DNA of 64,000 nt from Raillietiella orientalis (GCA_036172245.1 JAYWIR010000029.1:1984001-2048000); one strand, 5' to 3'. Positions 14,448-29,953 are shown, numbered from the stretch's first letter. The notes: generated by a model not told the origin, from the letters alone. A program made the numbers and translations.

Positions 14448-17400
14448 TGCCTGGCCGCTCCACCGGTTACATAAGCGAAACACCCCCAATGTGTCTGCGT
14501 CCTCCAATGCAGCCACTCTAAAATAACCAATACACACATCAACTTTAAGAATGGCTTAGGCTTTCTAAAATCGGTAATAATCTACCGGTTTGATAAAACA
14601 TCAAAGAAACTACTCTAAGTCAATGATATAGTTTGGAATTAGACTTACAGAACATGAGAGCCCTCCCCCCCCCCCTTGTTTTACAAGCAATACACAAATT
14701 CCATGATTCCTTAAACACATCTAATATTATTCACATAATTATGTCCACTATGTTGTTTTACTGCCTTATTTTTTGAAGCATGCAAAAGAACTGTATTACA
14801 TAGCCGTTTGCAAGAACAATTCTGTACAGCATAAGTCGCAGATATTCATAATCGGAAAATTGCGCATAAAAAATTTCTAATACAATACATTTAACAATTA
14901 ATAGTAAAAATGCAAACCTAAGTTCGATGCGAATTCATCATCACAGCACATCCAAAAAACAACAACCTTATAATGAAGAATAAAACGCTAGTAAGAAATG
15001 TGGGAATGACAAGTTTAATGACGTCTACCGCACATAGCCTTGAAACCTGATCAATCTTGGTTAACAGAAATGATGCATTCCTCATATCTGCCAGTAGACA
15101 TGACGTATTGGATTTTTGTGCAGATTATTAGGTGCACATTACATGTACTACGTACAGCGAATGAAGTCCTTGGAAGCTACGATAAACCTTTCGATACAAA
15201 TCTTTAAATCTACAGTGAACAACCAGGAACTTAAATAAGATGAATTACGAGAACCTTGGACTTCGTGATCCTTTTGAACAAACCGGAATTCATACTAGTC
15301 GCATATACTTTAAAAATGTCATTATTATTACCAAGGCAGATTTTTACCTCCAACAGCAAAAAGAACTACGAAAGATATAAGTGTTACGTAACGTTCACAT
15401 TATCAACACAAGAGAACATCACACACATCATCATCGCTGTTGCTTGGAGTGCTGCACGTAGGACAACGGTACTTTACATCTGCTTGATTTAAAATACTAA
15501 ACGTAATTCATCAAACAAACGAACTTTAGCTAGCTAGCTATCATGCCCGGATGTCTGACAAGGTCACCTAACATGCGTTTGGCTTAGTTGCAATCATGAT
15601 TCAATTTTCTCAACATCAAATATAAAATCATACTGAAATTTTTACCAAGAATTTCACCAATGCATCCGCGGATATTCACGCTAACCAATCCAAACTCAAA
15701 CTTAAAACCAAATGCATCAAAATGAGTTTACGCAATTCTCGTAATTAATGTCATCTTCATATGAATTCTGCGATCAAACGGAACAAACCTATACAAGTAT
15801 AAGCCTTCTGGTTATCAAAAACGACTTCAGCAGTCCTTCAGTGGAAGGAAAGATTAAACAAGAGCCTATCATCGACTTGCTCTCCGGTATGAAGCTAAAC
15901 TGCTAGTTCATAGGAGGGAGGAAAATGTACTTAAGGTCAACGACAAGGCAACAGCAAACGAAATATGTAATTTCCGGTTTCGCTGCTAAAGAGAAGTACG
16001 GGATTTGCCTAGGCTAGAAGTATTGCCTATTGATAGTAGCACAATTATACCAAAATGCAAAAACATACCACGACTCTATGGTGTGAATTTAACCCGTGCT
16101 ATTATTTAAGCAAACGGTTTCGATGTTGATTGCTTCGATTCAAGGCAGACTGAACGAATCACGAGGACAGTACACACAACTGCATACATGGACATGTATG
16201 TATGCGTATCAAAATACATACATGCATGCACACATTTACTTATATTCATAAATACGCTTGCATGCATACACGTATAAGCACATAATTGTCTACTTACTTT
16301 TGTTTAGTTTCCGTATCAAATAACTTGGAACTGACGGAAGAAAATATGATATCAGCTACTTTCGTTCATTTGAATAATGGTATTAGCTTTTCTAAACATT
16401 TCATTTCAATGATAATTTTTTTTTTTTTTTTAGCGGAGCATGGTGCAATTAATAACTCCAATACATATTTTATTATTCACTTGATCAGTACATTTGAGAC
16501 TAAAAAACAGAAAACTGTACGCATCATGGGATAACTCTTACAATCGCATGCGAGGCACCAATTGTTCAATATCACAGCAAATTCGCAATTCAACACCGGT
16601 AAATCAGCTAATGCAGCAGCTATCGAAGCATACCTATCACAATACGCATGCGTGAAGAGATTTCGCTGTCTCTTTCATGACAATTCCACACGAAGACAAC
16701 CTGGATGTACGAAATTCACTTGGATGATCGTGATATCGAACCTCCTTTAATCCACATCAGCCCATGCCTCTTCTGCAAAAGTACCATTTAAAACCGTGCT
16801 CATTCAGCAAACTACTCCCAACGGAATTTTCACTTCTGTGAGGCTAAAACTTACTATGTGCACCGAATTATACTAAGCGCAACGTATAAGTTGAAGCGGT
16901 CTAGATAATATTATGACACACAAAGCAAAGAAAAACTAACGCAGCTTTACTTCGGCTCTTCCTTTCTTCCAAAAGAGGGGAGGGAAAGGGGGAAAGTAGG
17001 CCGAGGTAGTAAAGGAGGGAAAGCACATGAGCTTCATTCATGATTAGCAAAAATTCAATTTTATTGTAGGATTATATTCCTATTTTATTAGATACTGCTA
17101 ATAATTATATGCACCTTAAAGGTATCAGTCTTCAGAAGGTCAAAACGATAGGCGTATAGGGAAGGAACCGAATATTTTCAAACTTCAAAACAGCGGACGA
17201 ACAAAATTTCGGCCAAGAACAAAGAATGTTCCCTATTTTTTTTATGTATTGACCTATCATAGCAAAAATGTAAAGCAAGCTACCACCCAATACCTAATGG
17301 AATGTACGATAATTTCGTTTCCCAAAGTTATCCGAATGTAAAGTACTTCTAAGTACATACAAGACAAGATGTAACTTTTTATGTACCATAATCCAGACCT

Positions 17401-20400
17401 CACTATTTACATTTTGCATACAACAGCTTCCTTGAAAATGAAGACAGGTAAACATAAGTAGAACAAAAAGTCCTTTCGTTTGAATACGAAAGCGTCATAT
17501 CCGCATGATAAAGGTCGCTATTCGCTATTTTCGGACAAGGATAATTTGCAAGTGAAAAGGAGGGGGGGATTGCTGCGGTGTGGAAGTCCACGCTGCTCGT
17601 TTCAGGACAGAGAAAGCAGAATGAAAGCATACGGTGGCGCAAACCAGCTTTCATACAAATTGTTTTCTACGAGACCTCGATTTGCAAACCATATGATCTA
17701 TTTGCCACTTATCACATCGGCGTTTGCGTAAACCAAAACTTAAAAATGAAAGTTAGCTCTGAGAAAGTGCAAAGTGTACAGCACAATAGAATCAAATCAA
17801 TATCGCAATGAAATGCATGGATAGTGGATTCATTAGTAGAGAACTGATTTTGTAAAGGGAAAGAGTAGTTATTTTCAAAATATAAAATTTCATTTTTATA
17901 ACACACCGATTCTTGCATACAAATTCAAATGGTGCTGCCACTTTTAAAGACCTATCGGGAAAATACAAGCAGAGATATTTGGGAAATGAACAATCTTTAA
18001 AATAAGTGTCCAAATTTTGATATTTTATGCGCTACAAATACACAAACGCTATAAGAAACGCTTTGATTTTTTTTATAACACATACTTATTCTCAAGATCT
18101 CAAAGAATCCGTAGTTGAAGTCTGGCTATACTAACATCGCCAAATAATTCCATACCTGTACTCCGAATTCAATAAATTGCTTCAAAAATTTGTCACATTC
18201 ACAGAGGGTGATTAAAAATTTACAATGAAGTAGCATGGTGCATTGATTTTGAGCGAACATGTATGTGTGTGTATGAATCTCTCTCTCTCTACATAAAATC
18301 ATTCCATTAGAAAACGGCAGTTCCTTCTATGCAGAACAGTACACCAAATTTACAAGATCATAAAAATTGACCTTATAACATTAAGAGACAAGTTTTGATA
18401 TCTGTCTCCATCTGTTAGTCTGAAGTAATGAGCCTATTATACAAAATAAAAATCCCGACGTATCTGATTATCAATGTTTTGCATCTGACGCCTACAACAA
18501 TTACGTTGATAAACGTATCGAATTAATGGGAGATATGTTAAATACATTTTCAAATTTATTATGTAAGGTGAGCAAAACACCCAAAACAGAAGTTTCATGA
18601 ATTAAAATACAAAAAATTTGTTTTTAAAACATTTCAATCGCAACAAATCCCTGACAAATTAACAGCAGTAATGCACCGTGAACACGCAAACAACCTTGCA
18701 CTACAAATCAACCACGTGCTACACCTACACAAAAATTCCTATCACATTGTGTCAACCCATCCATGCTTCTATCAGTGCATTTGGGGCAACAAACTTGCAA
18801 GCTGTGGTCAAATAGTATTCACATTAATATTTGTTCATGAAATACACGCAGACGTTTATTTTTTTTAATCTAAAGCATGTAAACTGACTTGTTTCCATGT
18901 TCATTAGACAGATGAATTTTTTTCCAATACTGAATTTTGCCTGTGCTGTGAAATGCTCCTTCTCTAGATTCAAATCACAAATATAATGAAGGCAAACTGA
19001 GGATCAAATGACACTAACTAAACAAACAAACAAAAAACACACAAAAAAGAGCATCATGGACTGCAATATTTACACATATTAAGCAACTTTCAAGGAATTT
19101 GTTAATTTAAGCAAATAATATCAAAGGTAATGCACCCATGCACACTAAAATCTCCTATCAAATATAAAAACTTTACCTGCTGACAAGAGAAAGCCTTGAA
19201 TCCAAGAAAACTGAAACTTTTTTCTCCAAAATTGAATCTTCGTTATTTAGTTTTCTAAACATCTGACGAAATACATTAATTCCTAGAATACTCTTATTAA
19301 ATGTATATGTTCTTTCTGGAAAGCAACTCTCATTATTATTTTCAAATCACACACTTTGTACTCTGAAATTGCTAGACAAGGCATATAATTCCATTTATAT
19401 ATCTTATATTAAATGCCACGATTTCTGATTCCATCCATTCACCTTAAAAGTTATTTAAAAAGAATGGGAAAAATTCAGTTATTATATTCTTATTACATTA
19501 ACTAGCACTGGAATCTTAAACAATATCATCTATTCTTTAATCAACTGGCTGCATGTATAATGAGTAATACTCAATTCAATGTGTTTGAGTAATAATAGAA
19601 GTAAACATAAGAAGAGTAGCAGTAAAGTCTTTCTCCTGATAAGCATCAAAAATAACAAAATATTCTTCCTGCTGATGTATACTGATGCACACTATTGCCC
19701 CTCTAATCCTATCTTTCCATCACTAAAGTGCTAAAACCTTCAAATGAAATACAAGCTAATTACATATAATCAGATGTGAAATCTGATACTTATTCATATG
19801 GCATGAATAACATCGCAAAATACAATTACATATACAAAATTATCAAGAATTCTACATGACAGTGACTAACACATGAGCAGGATTAAGAGCTAATACCTAT
19901 AAGATCTGAATTCAATTAAAATTTCCATGGAAAACTTTTATACACCATTGAGCATTATTCAAACATTTGATTTTTTAAAACTACCTGAGCATTAATTATA
20001 TCATCATCATTACAATAGTAACCATGAATAATAATAAAATGAAAAACATCCAATACTGTTCAATAACTAAGACAAAATAAAGCATTTCAATCATCCCTGT
20101 AAATAAGTCTTAATGTAAAAGGCTCCAAATTTACTTTCATAATTTACAACCAGGCAAAATGAAAACAAAATGATAACAAAATGTGCAAGAACACCATTAA
20201 CTTACTGTTTTACTTGCAATGATATAATGCACAAGAAGCTACAGAGACATATACAACCATGATAAAAAATCCTGAAAACTCCGATAAAAAAAAACAAAAA
20301 AACCAAATACCATATTAAGGATCACTATATTTTTTGTGTGACTGCATGTGTGAACCCGCTGTCAAACACAAACAAAATAATGTTACCACCTTAATGATAA

Positions 20401-23400
20401 TTTCTGAATGGTTATTGATGCAGTTATAAGCTATGTTGTAACACACTTGACCAATTTACATAATAAAGCCCGAACCTATCTCCAACCATGCAGTATATTT
20501 CAGAATGAGTGAACATGACTGCTTAAGGATCCAGACTAGTTAAGTGCTTTTGGCACAAAAAACTACTTTAAAACTGAAATTCATGCTTGCCCTTGATACT
20601 GCTTGTCACTCTATAGCTGCCATCTCGAACAATCAGTGTCTCCAATGTGTCTTAACTCTCTCTGATATTCAAACACTAAGACTGAAGTAGGCCTAATGAA
20701 TATCAATGGCTGTTACATTTCATAAGATTTCAAGAATTTCAAACTTGTACAAATCCTTTTTCATTACTGCTGTCAATATTCATAATTGAGTAGACGTTGA
20801 ATCATTGTTCATGCATGTTCTAAGTTACCATGATGGGAGCTTGCTTTACCAGGCATCATATAAATAGAATTTTACCCCTAACCCTGGACTTCCTATTGTT
20901 TATGAAAGTCAAGGAGCTACCAGGATCTTTCTCTGTTTAATGACTGCTCAAAAAGAAAGTGCACACTTGGGTTCACTCTTTCTAATAAAACTCTCTATTG
21001 ATATTACAAAGCCATTTACAACTGAGAACTTTCTAAATGATTCCATTTTCTTTATCACACTAAGTTATTCAGTTACCTTATTAAGGAGACTGTTGAAATG
21101 AAAGATGTTCTGATATTCAGTTGCTCTTCAAAGTATTTTCTTCTTAAATGATGTAGGTTCCATTGAGTCATCATCTAATGCAGTTGCATTACTGAATTGC
21201 AGTCACTAATTACAATGTTAACTGAAGCAGTCAGCTTCTTTTGGAGTCAAAAGGTTAGACCTTTGCATCTTTTGTAAGGAAATCTCTTTTGGAATTTTTT
21301 CATTTAATTTTCTTCAGATCATTTTTTCATGATTAGGGTTGTATCAAGGGTTCATTTAGCAAATAACTCAGTGAATCTTTCCTTAATCATGCAAAAGTCA
21401 CCACTGTTACATAATAAAGTCAGGATAACTGTTTTGAACTAGATTTCTGAGATATTTTTTTATCAGCACAGCTGCCACAATGCAGCTGAGCTGAAGCCAA
21501 GACTTGCAGCTAATCATCCAACTCTGCTTTGCTTACTGCTGTGTCAAGTATGAGCATAAAGATGTAAATCATATGGTTGTGGAAAACTGAACTAAAGTCC
21601 TTGTTGGAGAATTAGGAATTTACCTTATTTCATATTCCTATAGCAATACTTAATGCTAACCTAGTTACATGCAATAACCTTATAAGCTTCCATCTATGTA
21701 AATATATAGTTAGTTTCAATAATAATGGGTTAAGACTTTGGTAGTATTTTTGCTTTTAAACTGGGTAAAAAACAAAATTCTAATATGTGTTCAATAGGAG
21801 AGTCTTAGCAAACTTCCTCCCATCCACACTGCTATTTTTCGTACAAAAAAGTTTTCATATACATTTGTTAAAATTGTGCCCCATCCTTGATTCGAATTGC
21901 TATTATTACATCAATTTTTTATCTGAATGCAAGCTCAAATGGATAAATGGTGCAATATGTAAGACATTCAATAGTCTTCTATGGATTAATAAAGCACTGG
22001 CAGTTTTGACTGATTAGTCACCAAATTATAAACTACTGGCAAGTCAAATAATAAAATGATCAATGACATGTAATAAGCAAGTGTCAAATTCTGTCAATTA
22101 CAACATTTGAATGATTAAAACAAATTTCTTTCACAGAATCATCCAATGATTTAATCCAATTCAATTTATAAAATCATTCAATGCAGCATTTTTGTCTATC
22201 ATGATCATAGGCATCAACAGACTTTTCATGTGGATCATCAATCTTTTCAAATAATCTCAAATAGTAACTCAGACATCAGGAGCAAATTTGTAATAAATAC
22301 TTTGAAATCAACATACTGATCATGCTAAAATGATTACTAATCTGAAAATAATTAATCCTGATACCATTACCATATTTAAGTCACAATTTTACTGACTCAT
22401 TTTTCCATTTACGGCCTCTTTTTAACCTAACCCTTGCTATAAAGCTTATAAAATTGCAGACCATAGAACAAATGAACTCTGAATTAATTTACCCCAAACT
22501 ATTTAATTCTTTTGATATCAGGAATAAGAATAGGAATTCTTCTAAATTAATGTGAAACAATTCATAGGATGTGGTTCATTCTGAACTAGCAGCATCAGCA
22601 ACATTCCATTCTGATTGCAACACATTTTCTCTAGTACATTTTAGCATGATTCTGTTAAGTATATAGCAAATATCTGTTCTTATGGTCAACATTAATCTGT
22701 ATGGCACAGTTCACAAGGTGTATTTATTACTTATTCTCTGGTGCCTACTCTGGTCCATACTCTCAATTTGTGATGAAGCTTACTTTACTTCTAATACTTA
22801 ATTCATTAAGCAATCATTAGCATTATATTAAAAAATCTCTCATTTGAAACAAAAAATAAAAGACAAAATAACTGTCAACTGAAACCCTACCAACTGCCAA
22901 GAATTTCGTTTTTCTATGAATAACTGGAAAACAGGTGCCACATTTGATATTTAATTTGCTCACTAGAAAAAAAACTATAAGTCATATGCAATTTTTTCAA
23001 CTAATCATCCAAACAAATGTCAATTCCCAAGAATAAGACCTTCATGCAATCAGATTCACATTCCATGTTTGCAAAATGCTAGTACACCAACATTTACATC
23101 CAATACATGAATTTAAACTTTGGTTTATGCTTCAAATTCAATAAAATTTTTGTAAATTCTCTTATAAATATTGTATTCTGCTATGCTTGCCCACAACGCT
23201 TAAAAAATTTACCAGATCTAATGCAGAATTGAATAGTTTAATAATATATTATGTGGCAAACAGTTTCAATTTCAAAGCAGTTTTTATATTAAAAAAATCA
23301 CAGTAACATTATAAAACTACGGAAGCTTCTCAACAACAACAATACTTAACATATGATCTATTCATATCAACAATTTATGTTAATTATCTGTTTTGCAATA

Positions 23401-24274
23401 TTCCAATAGTAAATGGACGGACGACGTTATCTTATTTAAAATACATGCGCCGCATAATTAATATATAATCTATGCTTAAAAAGAATCACTTGACCATACA
23501 CAAAGACATGATCCAAAAATTAAATCCACTTTCCCTTATAATATAAAGCTCTAATTTACTTTGTAATAAAACTAGCTTTCCATTCTGAATGGACAGTATT
23601 CACAACTAGTTTGCAATAAATATTCAGTAATCATCTAATGCTATCAGCACGTGATCAGTTAACCATAAAAGACGTTCTTTGAAGTTACAAACGATCATCC
23701 ACTAAACAAAACACCAATTTGCATACAACTACTACAGCAATATTTCTAAGCAAGCTTCATGCTCTTTTGTAGCAAAAACTTACAAAGGGATATCGTATCG
23801 TACAGCGCTGTTGCAAGAAGTGTTCGTTTTACTACAAAATTCCATGTTCTATGACACTTCAACACAAGCTACACACGTAAACACACTTATTTGCATTTTT
23901 TTTCTTTTACGAAAGTTATTGAAATGTTACCCCAAATACTTCTAAGCGCGAATTCAGGTACTCATAAAGACAAACAATTGCACACGTATTTAACGCACAA
24001 TTATTGTGTTCCCGAGTCGCTTGGTGAAAGTGCTTAAATGCTACCTCCAGCTAAAAAAACACCATATTTTCTCGAATTTCCATCAAAGTAATTGACGCAA
24101 TCTACAACATGACTCTGTCCCGAATTACACAAGTTAACCGTAAAGAACAACAGTAATTTACGGAAAACGGAAGACATAGGCTTAGAAACTGAACGCTCAC
24201 ACGAGAGCAAGCATTTTTGGACGACGATAAAAAAAATAGGTTCGTAAAAAAGATTGCACGATACCTCTACAGAT

Positions 24275-24318
24275 TTATTTCTCGTATTGCAATAGACCTT
24301 ATTTCTCGTATAGACCTT
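24275..24318. repeat. Short imperfect direct repeat between the divergent SPOP and SF3A1 genes
   Basis: ttatttctcgta-ttgcaa-tagacc followed by ttatttctcgta-tagacc. Confidence 0.75.
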
Positions 24319-27171
24319 AGTTATAAATTGTTATTTATGTACAATATTCACCATGGTTATTCTCTCTTGTATGTCTTTTAATCTGTTTATTGTGTTGAGA
24401 ATGAGCCAATTCTTTCATTTCCCAAAGCTTTCAATGCAGTTCCATGTATTTAGAAACTTTTACGTAATAAATCAAAAGATACAGAACAGACCATTTCAAT
24501 GATAGTTTTTTTATTATTTTTCAGCTTCATCTTCTACATATGCCATGTGTACAAGATAGAACAGGATTATTTGAGTCTATTCTATAAAAAATATTTTGAA
24601 GTGTGGTAAACTAAATCATGAATGATTTTATTTCTACATAACTCCATTTCACTTCTCTAATTCATGAAATGCAATTCGGAACATTGTTTTTCAAAGTAGG
24701 AGACTTTGTATTTGCCTATTGATTTGACCAATTTCTGGCTATTTTCGTCATTATCTATTGTAGTGCAAAGAAACTTCTAAAGTTAACTTGATTTAGTCAT
24801 TCGTAATTGGATTATATATCTATTTGTTTTCAACACATGTTTGGTTCATTTGAATGAAGCAAATGCAAACAAGCTTTCAGTCCAAAATTTTAGTTAGTAT
24901 CCCTTATGATAGACATTACGAAGTCGCTGTCTGTTTTCATATATCGTGGCCAACCCACACTTCATCACCTTGTATGATCCTACTGCATTTACCACATGAA
25001 ATAATCCATTCTACAGAGAAAAAGAAAATTCATCCTCCTTCTGAGGAATCATCATTTAAATTGAATGTCAGACTTTCCTAGATCTACATTGGAATGCCGA
25101 TTGTGTGCTTCAAATCATATCCTTATTCGTTCATATATGTTTATAAATGATTTGAGACATTTATAAAAAATCGAATATTTTATTTTTCTTCCATTTTTCA
25201 TAAAAAAAATGGAAGATTTCACTTGCACTTGAAATGAGCAAAGCACCATAAATGCTTTTAAAACTAAAGGGTGGAAAATGACTGAGAGTTGAATGTTTTA
25301 TCTACGCATCTAGGCAAAAAATGTCTTCAATTATGCATCCGAAGGAATACAGATAATTAGTTGTCTAATATCTCCCCTTTATCATGAATTTCAAATAAGC
25401 ATAGATGAATTAAAAGCGAATGAAATTGGATGAACAATAATAGTATCTCAGTGTTTTATCAAATAGCTCTTTATGTAGTGGACAATGAATGCATTTACAT
25501 AGCTAATATTTAACATTTGCTATTTGATTGTAAAATAGCGTAGAAAAATGTGAAATGATTTGAGTATCTTAAGATAACTGTTTCTGTTTAGAATCCTCTG
25601 ATGATGAATTCTGCCGCTTTAAACCAAACTTCACTTACAAAGTTATGATTTTCATCATTCTCGAGGTCTAGTCTATTTTTCTATAAAAATTACTTACGAA
25701 ATACTGTTAAGGAAATTCAAAAATAATGAACAGGTATACAGTAGGTTTGCCTCGTAATGAATGAATGAAAGGATGAATTAAATTTTTGATTTTTTTCATT
25801 CTGAGTACGGATGTTCATATTTCATTCTAGTTTCCTTAATATCTAGTTTGCTTCAAAAACAAAGAAAGCATGATTTCCTATATCCAGTAAAATAGTAATA
25901 AACAAAATGTTAACAATGATTTCATACCCCACATTCCTAGAAAGCTTTTCCAAATTTGTGGGAAAAGTTTGAACTTTCTGAAGCTAACTGCCTTATTTTT
26001 AAAGGAAGTTAATGTATCTTTTTTATTTCACTTTTTCACGTCAGAATTCATTTCCTAGTTCTAAATAACTCCAAAAACACTATACAGGTTTTGAATAATC
26101 TATGCAGCATAAATTCGACATTTCTGCTAAATAAAAATGCCTTCATAAAAAAAGTCAAACTAGAATTTAAAAAAGAGAAAATATTATTCAACACAACTCT
26201 TTAAATGTTCGTTCTGCTGTCATAAATTGTAAGGCTGACTTTTAAAAGTACATATTTTTTAAGGTTCTTAGCTAATTCAAATACTTATTTTTCCAAATTC
26301 TTTTGCAAATAAATCGGTGAACATTTGGAATCAATCAAAAAATCGATTTTACCTAAATGAAAAGCTTCCCCCTTCCCCCTTCCTCCCGAGGAAGCAATAA
26401 CAGCAGTGCACTATCAAAATTTTTGTATTATCTGTTAAGAAAAAGAACTGCACTTTTAGACTGAGAAACAAATAAAATTTAATCTTTCTATTCATGAGCA
26501 TTAGATTATTCTGGCTGATTCTTAAGGTCATTAATATTTAATTTGTGTACATTGCTATACTCCGATTACGTCCTGTTTATATGTAATTAGAACAAATTTT
26601 GTAAAAATTCCTTCTGTAATTTTTTTAATATAATTGCAGAATGTTTATGAATTGAAGTAATTTCAACAGCGAATTGATGCAACTGAACTTTCTCAATCTG
26701 AAGCTTTGAAATTTCAAAGTCCTAGTTTGACCATTTATCATTATGCATTTGGCAATCATGTGTGGCATAGATGCTCATTACAAACAGCATGTAAATATGC
26801 AGAACGTTGTTAAATTGTAAATGTTTGAAGTCCCCAGTAAAAGTAAGCCTGATTTGTGTACGGATTCATGAATGCTACAAGTTTGTTAGCGCGTAATGTA
26901 ATAAACCTTTCAGTTGTATCTCAGTATATATTTTTTGTATTTATTTTCTGTATATTTTGTGTGATTAATAATTCTGATTAGTGTATAGTGTTTTTTGTGT
27001 TTTTTGTTTTTTACAATGAGCATTTCAAGTATTGTGGAGAATATTATTGATGTGTACATATGCTTTTATACACTAGGCAGCTAGGTACTTATGGAGAATA
27101 TATCTGTTGCAATGATTCTGTAATGGAATATTACTAAGAATTTTTTGAAACATTTCCGTCAAAACGTCAAG

Positions 27172-29883
27172 ATGCCTGCACCCGTAGAAGTACAAGTGCA
27201 GCCTGCCAACTTAATGAGCTTAGAATTAGACAAACAGCCACCAGAAGAAACAGGGCATGCATCTAACCTGTTAGCTCCTTCATCAAAACCCATCATTGGG
27301 ATCATATATCCTCCACCAGAAGTCAGAAGTATGCTTTATGACGAATAAAATTAATACTCACATCCGTGCTTTCTTACTCTTTTTAGATATCGTTGATAAA
27401 ACTGCTAGTTTTGTTGCAAGAAATGGCCCTGAATTTGAGGCGCGCATTCGTCAGAATGAGATTAATAATCCGAAATTTAATTTTCTCAATTCTGGAGATC
27501 CGTATAATGCATATTATCAGAATAAAGTAAAAGAGTTTCGGGAAGGAAAGGGTAAGAGAATGCAGTGCCAATGCATTTTAATTTTTGTTTCAATTTAAGC
27601 TTATGAGCCTGTTGTGTCTCAGTCTGCTATAGAAAGACCTCTTGTTACTCAACAACAAAAGCAGCAAGATATTTTCAAAGAAGCCCTTATTATTCCAAAG
27701 GAACCACCTCCAAAATATGAGTTTGTAGCTGATCCTCCATCAATTTCTGCATATGATTTGTGAGTATATATTAAGAGGAAATTTTAATCACGGCATGTGC
27801 AGAGATGTTGTCAAGTTGACAGCACAGTTTGTTGCAAGGAATGGAAAGCAGTTTCTTACCAATTTGATGAATCGCGAGCAGCGCAATTACCAGTTTGATT
27901 TTCTGCGGCCTCAGCATTCCCTTTTCCAGTATTTTACTAGATTGTTAGAACAGTATATGATGGTAGGTTCTTGGATATAGCTTAATTTGATTGACAATGC
28001 CATCATAGATCCTAATCCCAGACAAACAGTTGCTTGTGCAACTTCACAATGAATCATTCAATCAAAAGGCTATCCTAGAACAGGTGCGTTATCGTGTAGA
28101 ATGGCAGAGGCTGCAGGATGCTCAACGGCGTCGAGAAGAGGAAGAAGCAGAACGTGAAAGAGGTTCTTGTGATCTGTGCATGTGTGCCTATCAATTACTT
28201 TTTCATTTTTTAGTTGCATATGCACAAATCGATTGGCATGATTTTGTGATCGTTGAGACTGTAGACTATCAACCCCATGAGATTGGGCATTTTCCTCCAC
28301 CCTGTCAACCTGAAGATGTTGGAGCTAGAGTATTAATGGAGCAGAGATTAGATGTGGTGCCCATGCAGCCACCATTGTCAGAATCGGATAGTGGTGAAGA
28401 AGAGGAGGAGGAGGAGGAGGAAGAGGAGGAACCTCCTCAACATGAAGCTGCTAATACCCAAGTACAGGATATGGAAGAGGAATCAAGTGAAGGAGAACCT
28501 GAAGGAGAGGAAGAAGTGCGTATGCCACGCATAACTGTCAGGGAAGGAATGGCTATAACAAGTGGAACATCATCTCAGCCTCCTTTACCACCTGTACCAG
28601 AGCAAGTTATTGTAAAGAAGGATTATGATCCAAAAGGTAAATGAGAATCTGAGCTTGTTGCATTCTATGTGTTTCTTAGTTAAGACCACTCATCGTCAGA
28701 ATTTATCTGATGAATATCTCATCTCTCCTCTGACTGGAGAGAAGATTCCTGCATCCAAGATTCAGGAGCATATGCGAATTGGTTTATTGGATCCACGTTG
28801 GGTGGAACAACGGGATCGTCAGATAACAGAGAAGATCCACCAGGAGTCTGTGTATGCAGCTGGTTCTGCTATTGTTAGCAGTCTCAAACAGCTGGAAGAG
28901 AGACGCACAGATATTTTTGGTACTGGAGCTGAAGAAACGGTTATTGGAAAGAAGATTGGAGAAGAAGAAGAAAGAAAGCGAGATGATCGAGTTATTTGGG
29001 ATGGACATACTGCAAGTGTAGAAGCTGCCACTCGTGCTGCACAAGCACACATCTCTCTTGAGGAGCAAATTGCCCAAATTCATCGTTCCAAAGGTCTGCT
29101 TCCAGATGAAGAAAAGGAAAAAATCGGCCCACAGCTATCTTCTCCATCTGGAGGAATACCTGTGTCAACTCTATCAGCTTCTGTATCTTCTGTGCCTATT
29201 TCCCTAACCACTACATCAGCAGTTAATAAAAAGGCAGATGCTGGTGTCAAAACAACATCCAAACAGCTCCTCATGTCAGCTACACCAAAAGTGATCCAAG
29301 CTTTGCCTCAACCTGCTATGTTTAGTACTGCGGTTGTAGCTGCTGCTCCTCCAATGCTTGGAAGTATGCCAGTAATGTCCCCACAAGGGATGGTCATGAT
29401 GTCTCCGATGGGTCCTCCACCAATGATGGGTTATAGCACACCCATGGGATATGTTACTATGATCAGTGGAGATCTGATGGATGATGGTGAACCTCTTGGG
29501 AAACGTCCACGAAATGAAGAGAATCTGATACCTGAATGTGAATTTCTGGCAAGCTTTCAGGTAAGATAGAAAACTGTGCTCAGCATTTTTCAAATATTTG
29601 CTTGTAGAGCCCTATCACATTTCAAGTGCAAGTGCCTATTAATAATGAGAAATCTGAATGGCATCTAAATGGGCAAGTGCTGACATTAACATTACCGCTG
29701 TCGGACACAGTATCCGTGTTGAAAGCACGCATCCATGATGAAACCGGATTACCGCCTGGCAAGCAGAAATTGCAATGGGAGGGGCTTTTTTTCAAGGACT
29801 CCAATACTCTTGCATACTATAATCTGGTACCCAGCGCCTTGGTGCTTCTCTCCTTGAAAGAGCGAGGAGGGAGGAAAAAATAA
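27172..29883 (+). CDS. SF3A1: Splicing factor 3A subunit 1 (Prp21/SAP114; two SURP domains plus C-terminal ubiquitin-like domain), 8 exons, 791 aa
   Basis: Exons 27172-27328, 27387-27551, 27600-27759, 27803-27962, 28009-28162, 28214-28636, 28680-29560, 29608-29883 (2376 nt, in frame), all with GT-AG introns. Motifs: IIYPPPEVRNIVDKTASFVARNGPEFEARI (SURP1), DVVKLTAQFVARNGKQFLTNLMNREQRNYQFDFLRPQHSLF (SURP2), AYAQIDWHDFVIVETVDY, EHMRIGLLDPRW, and a UBL ending LKERGGRKK. Confidence 0.98.
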
Positions 29884-29928
29884 TTCAGAATATAGCAAGT
29901 TTCAAAGGAATGATTTATTTGGCCACCA

Positions 29929-29953
29929 TTTTTTTTTTTTTTTTTTTTTTTTT
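29929..29953. repeat. Poly-T tract in the SF3A1 3' region
   Basis: ~25 T starting ~45 nt after the SF3A1 stop; AATAAA at 30111-30116. Confidence 0.85.

Noticed and set aside
16193..16224. 11-bp inverted repeat (catgtatgtat/atacatacatg)
   Set aside because: Explained by local ATAC/GTAT simple-sequence content; no TSD or other MITE evidence.
29929..29953. Poly-T as a retroposon poly-A tail
   Set aside because: No adjacent element body or target-site duplication recognised; consistent with a U-rich 3'UTR.
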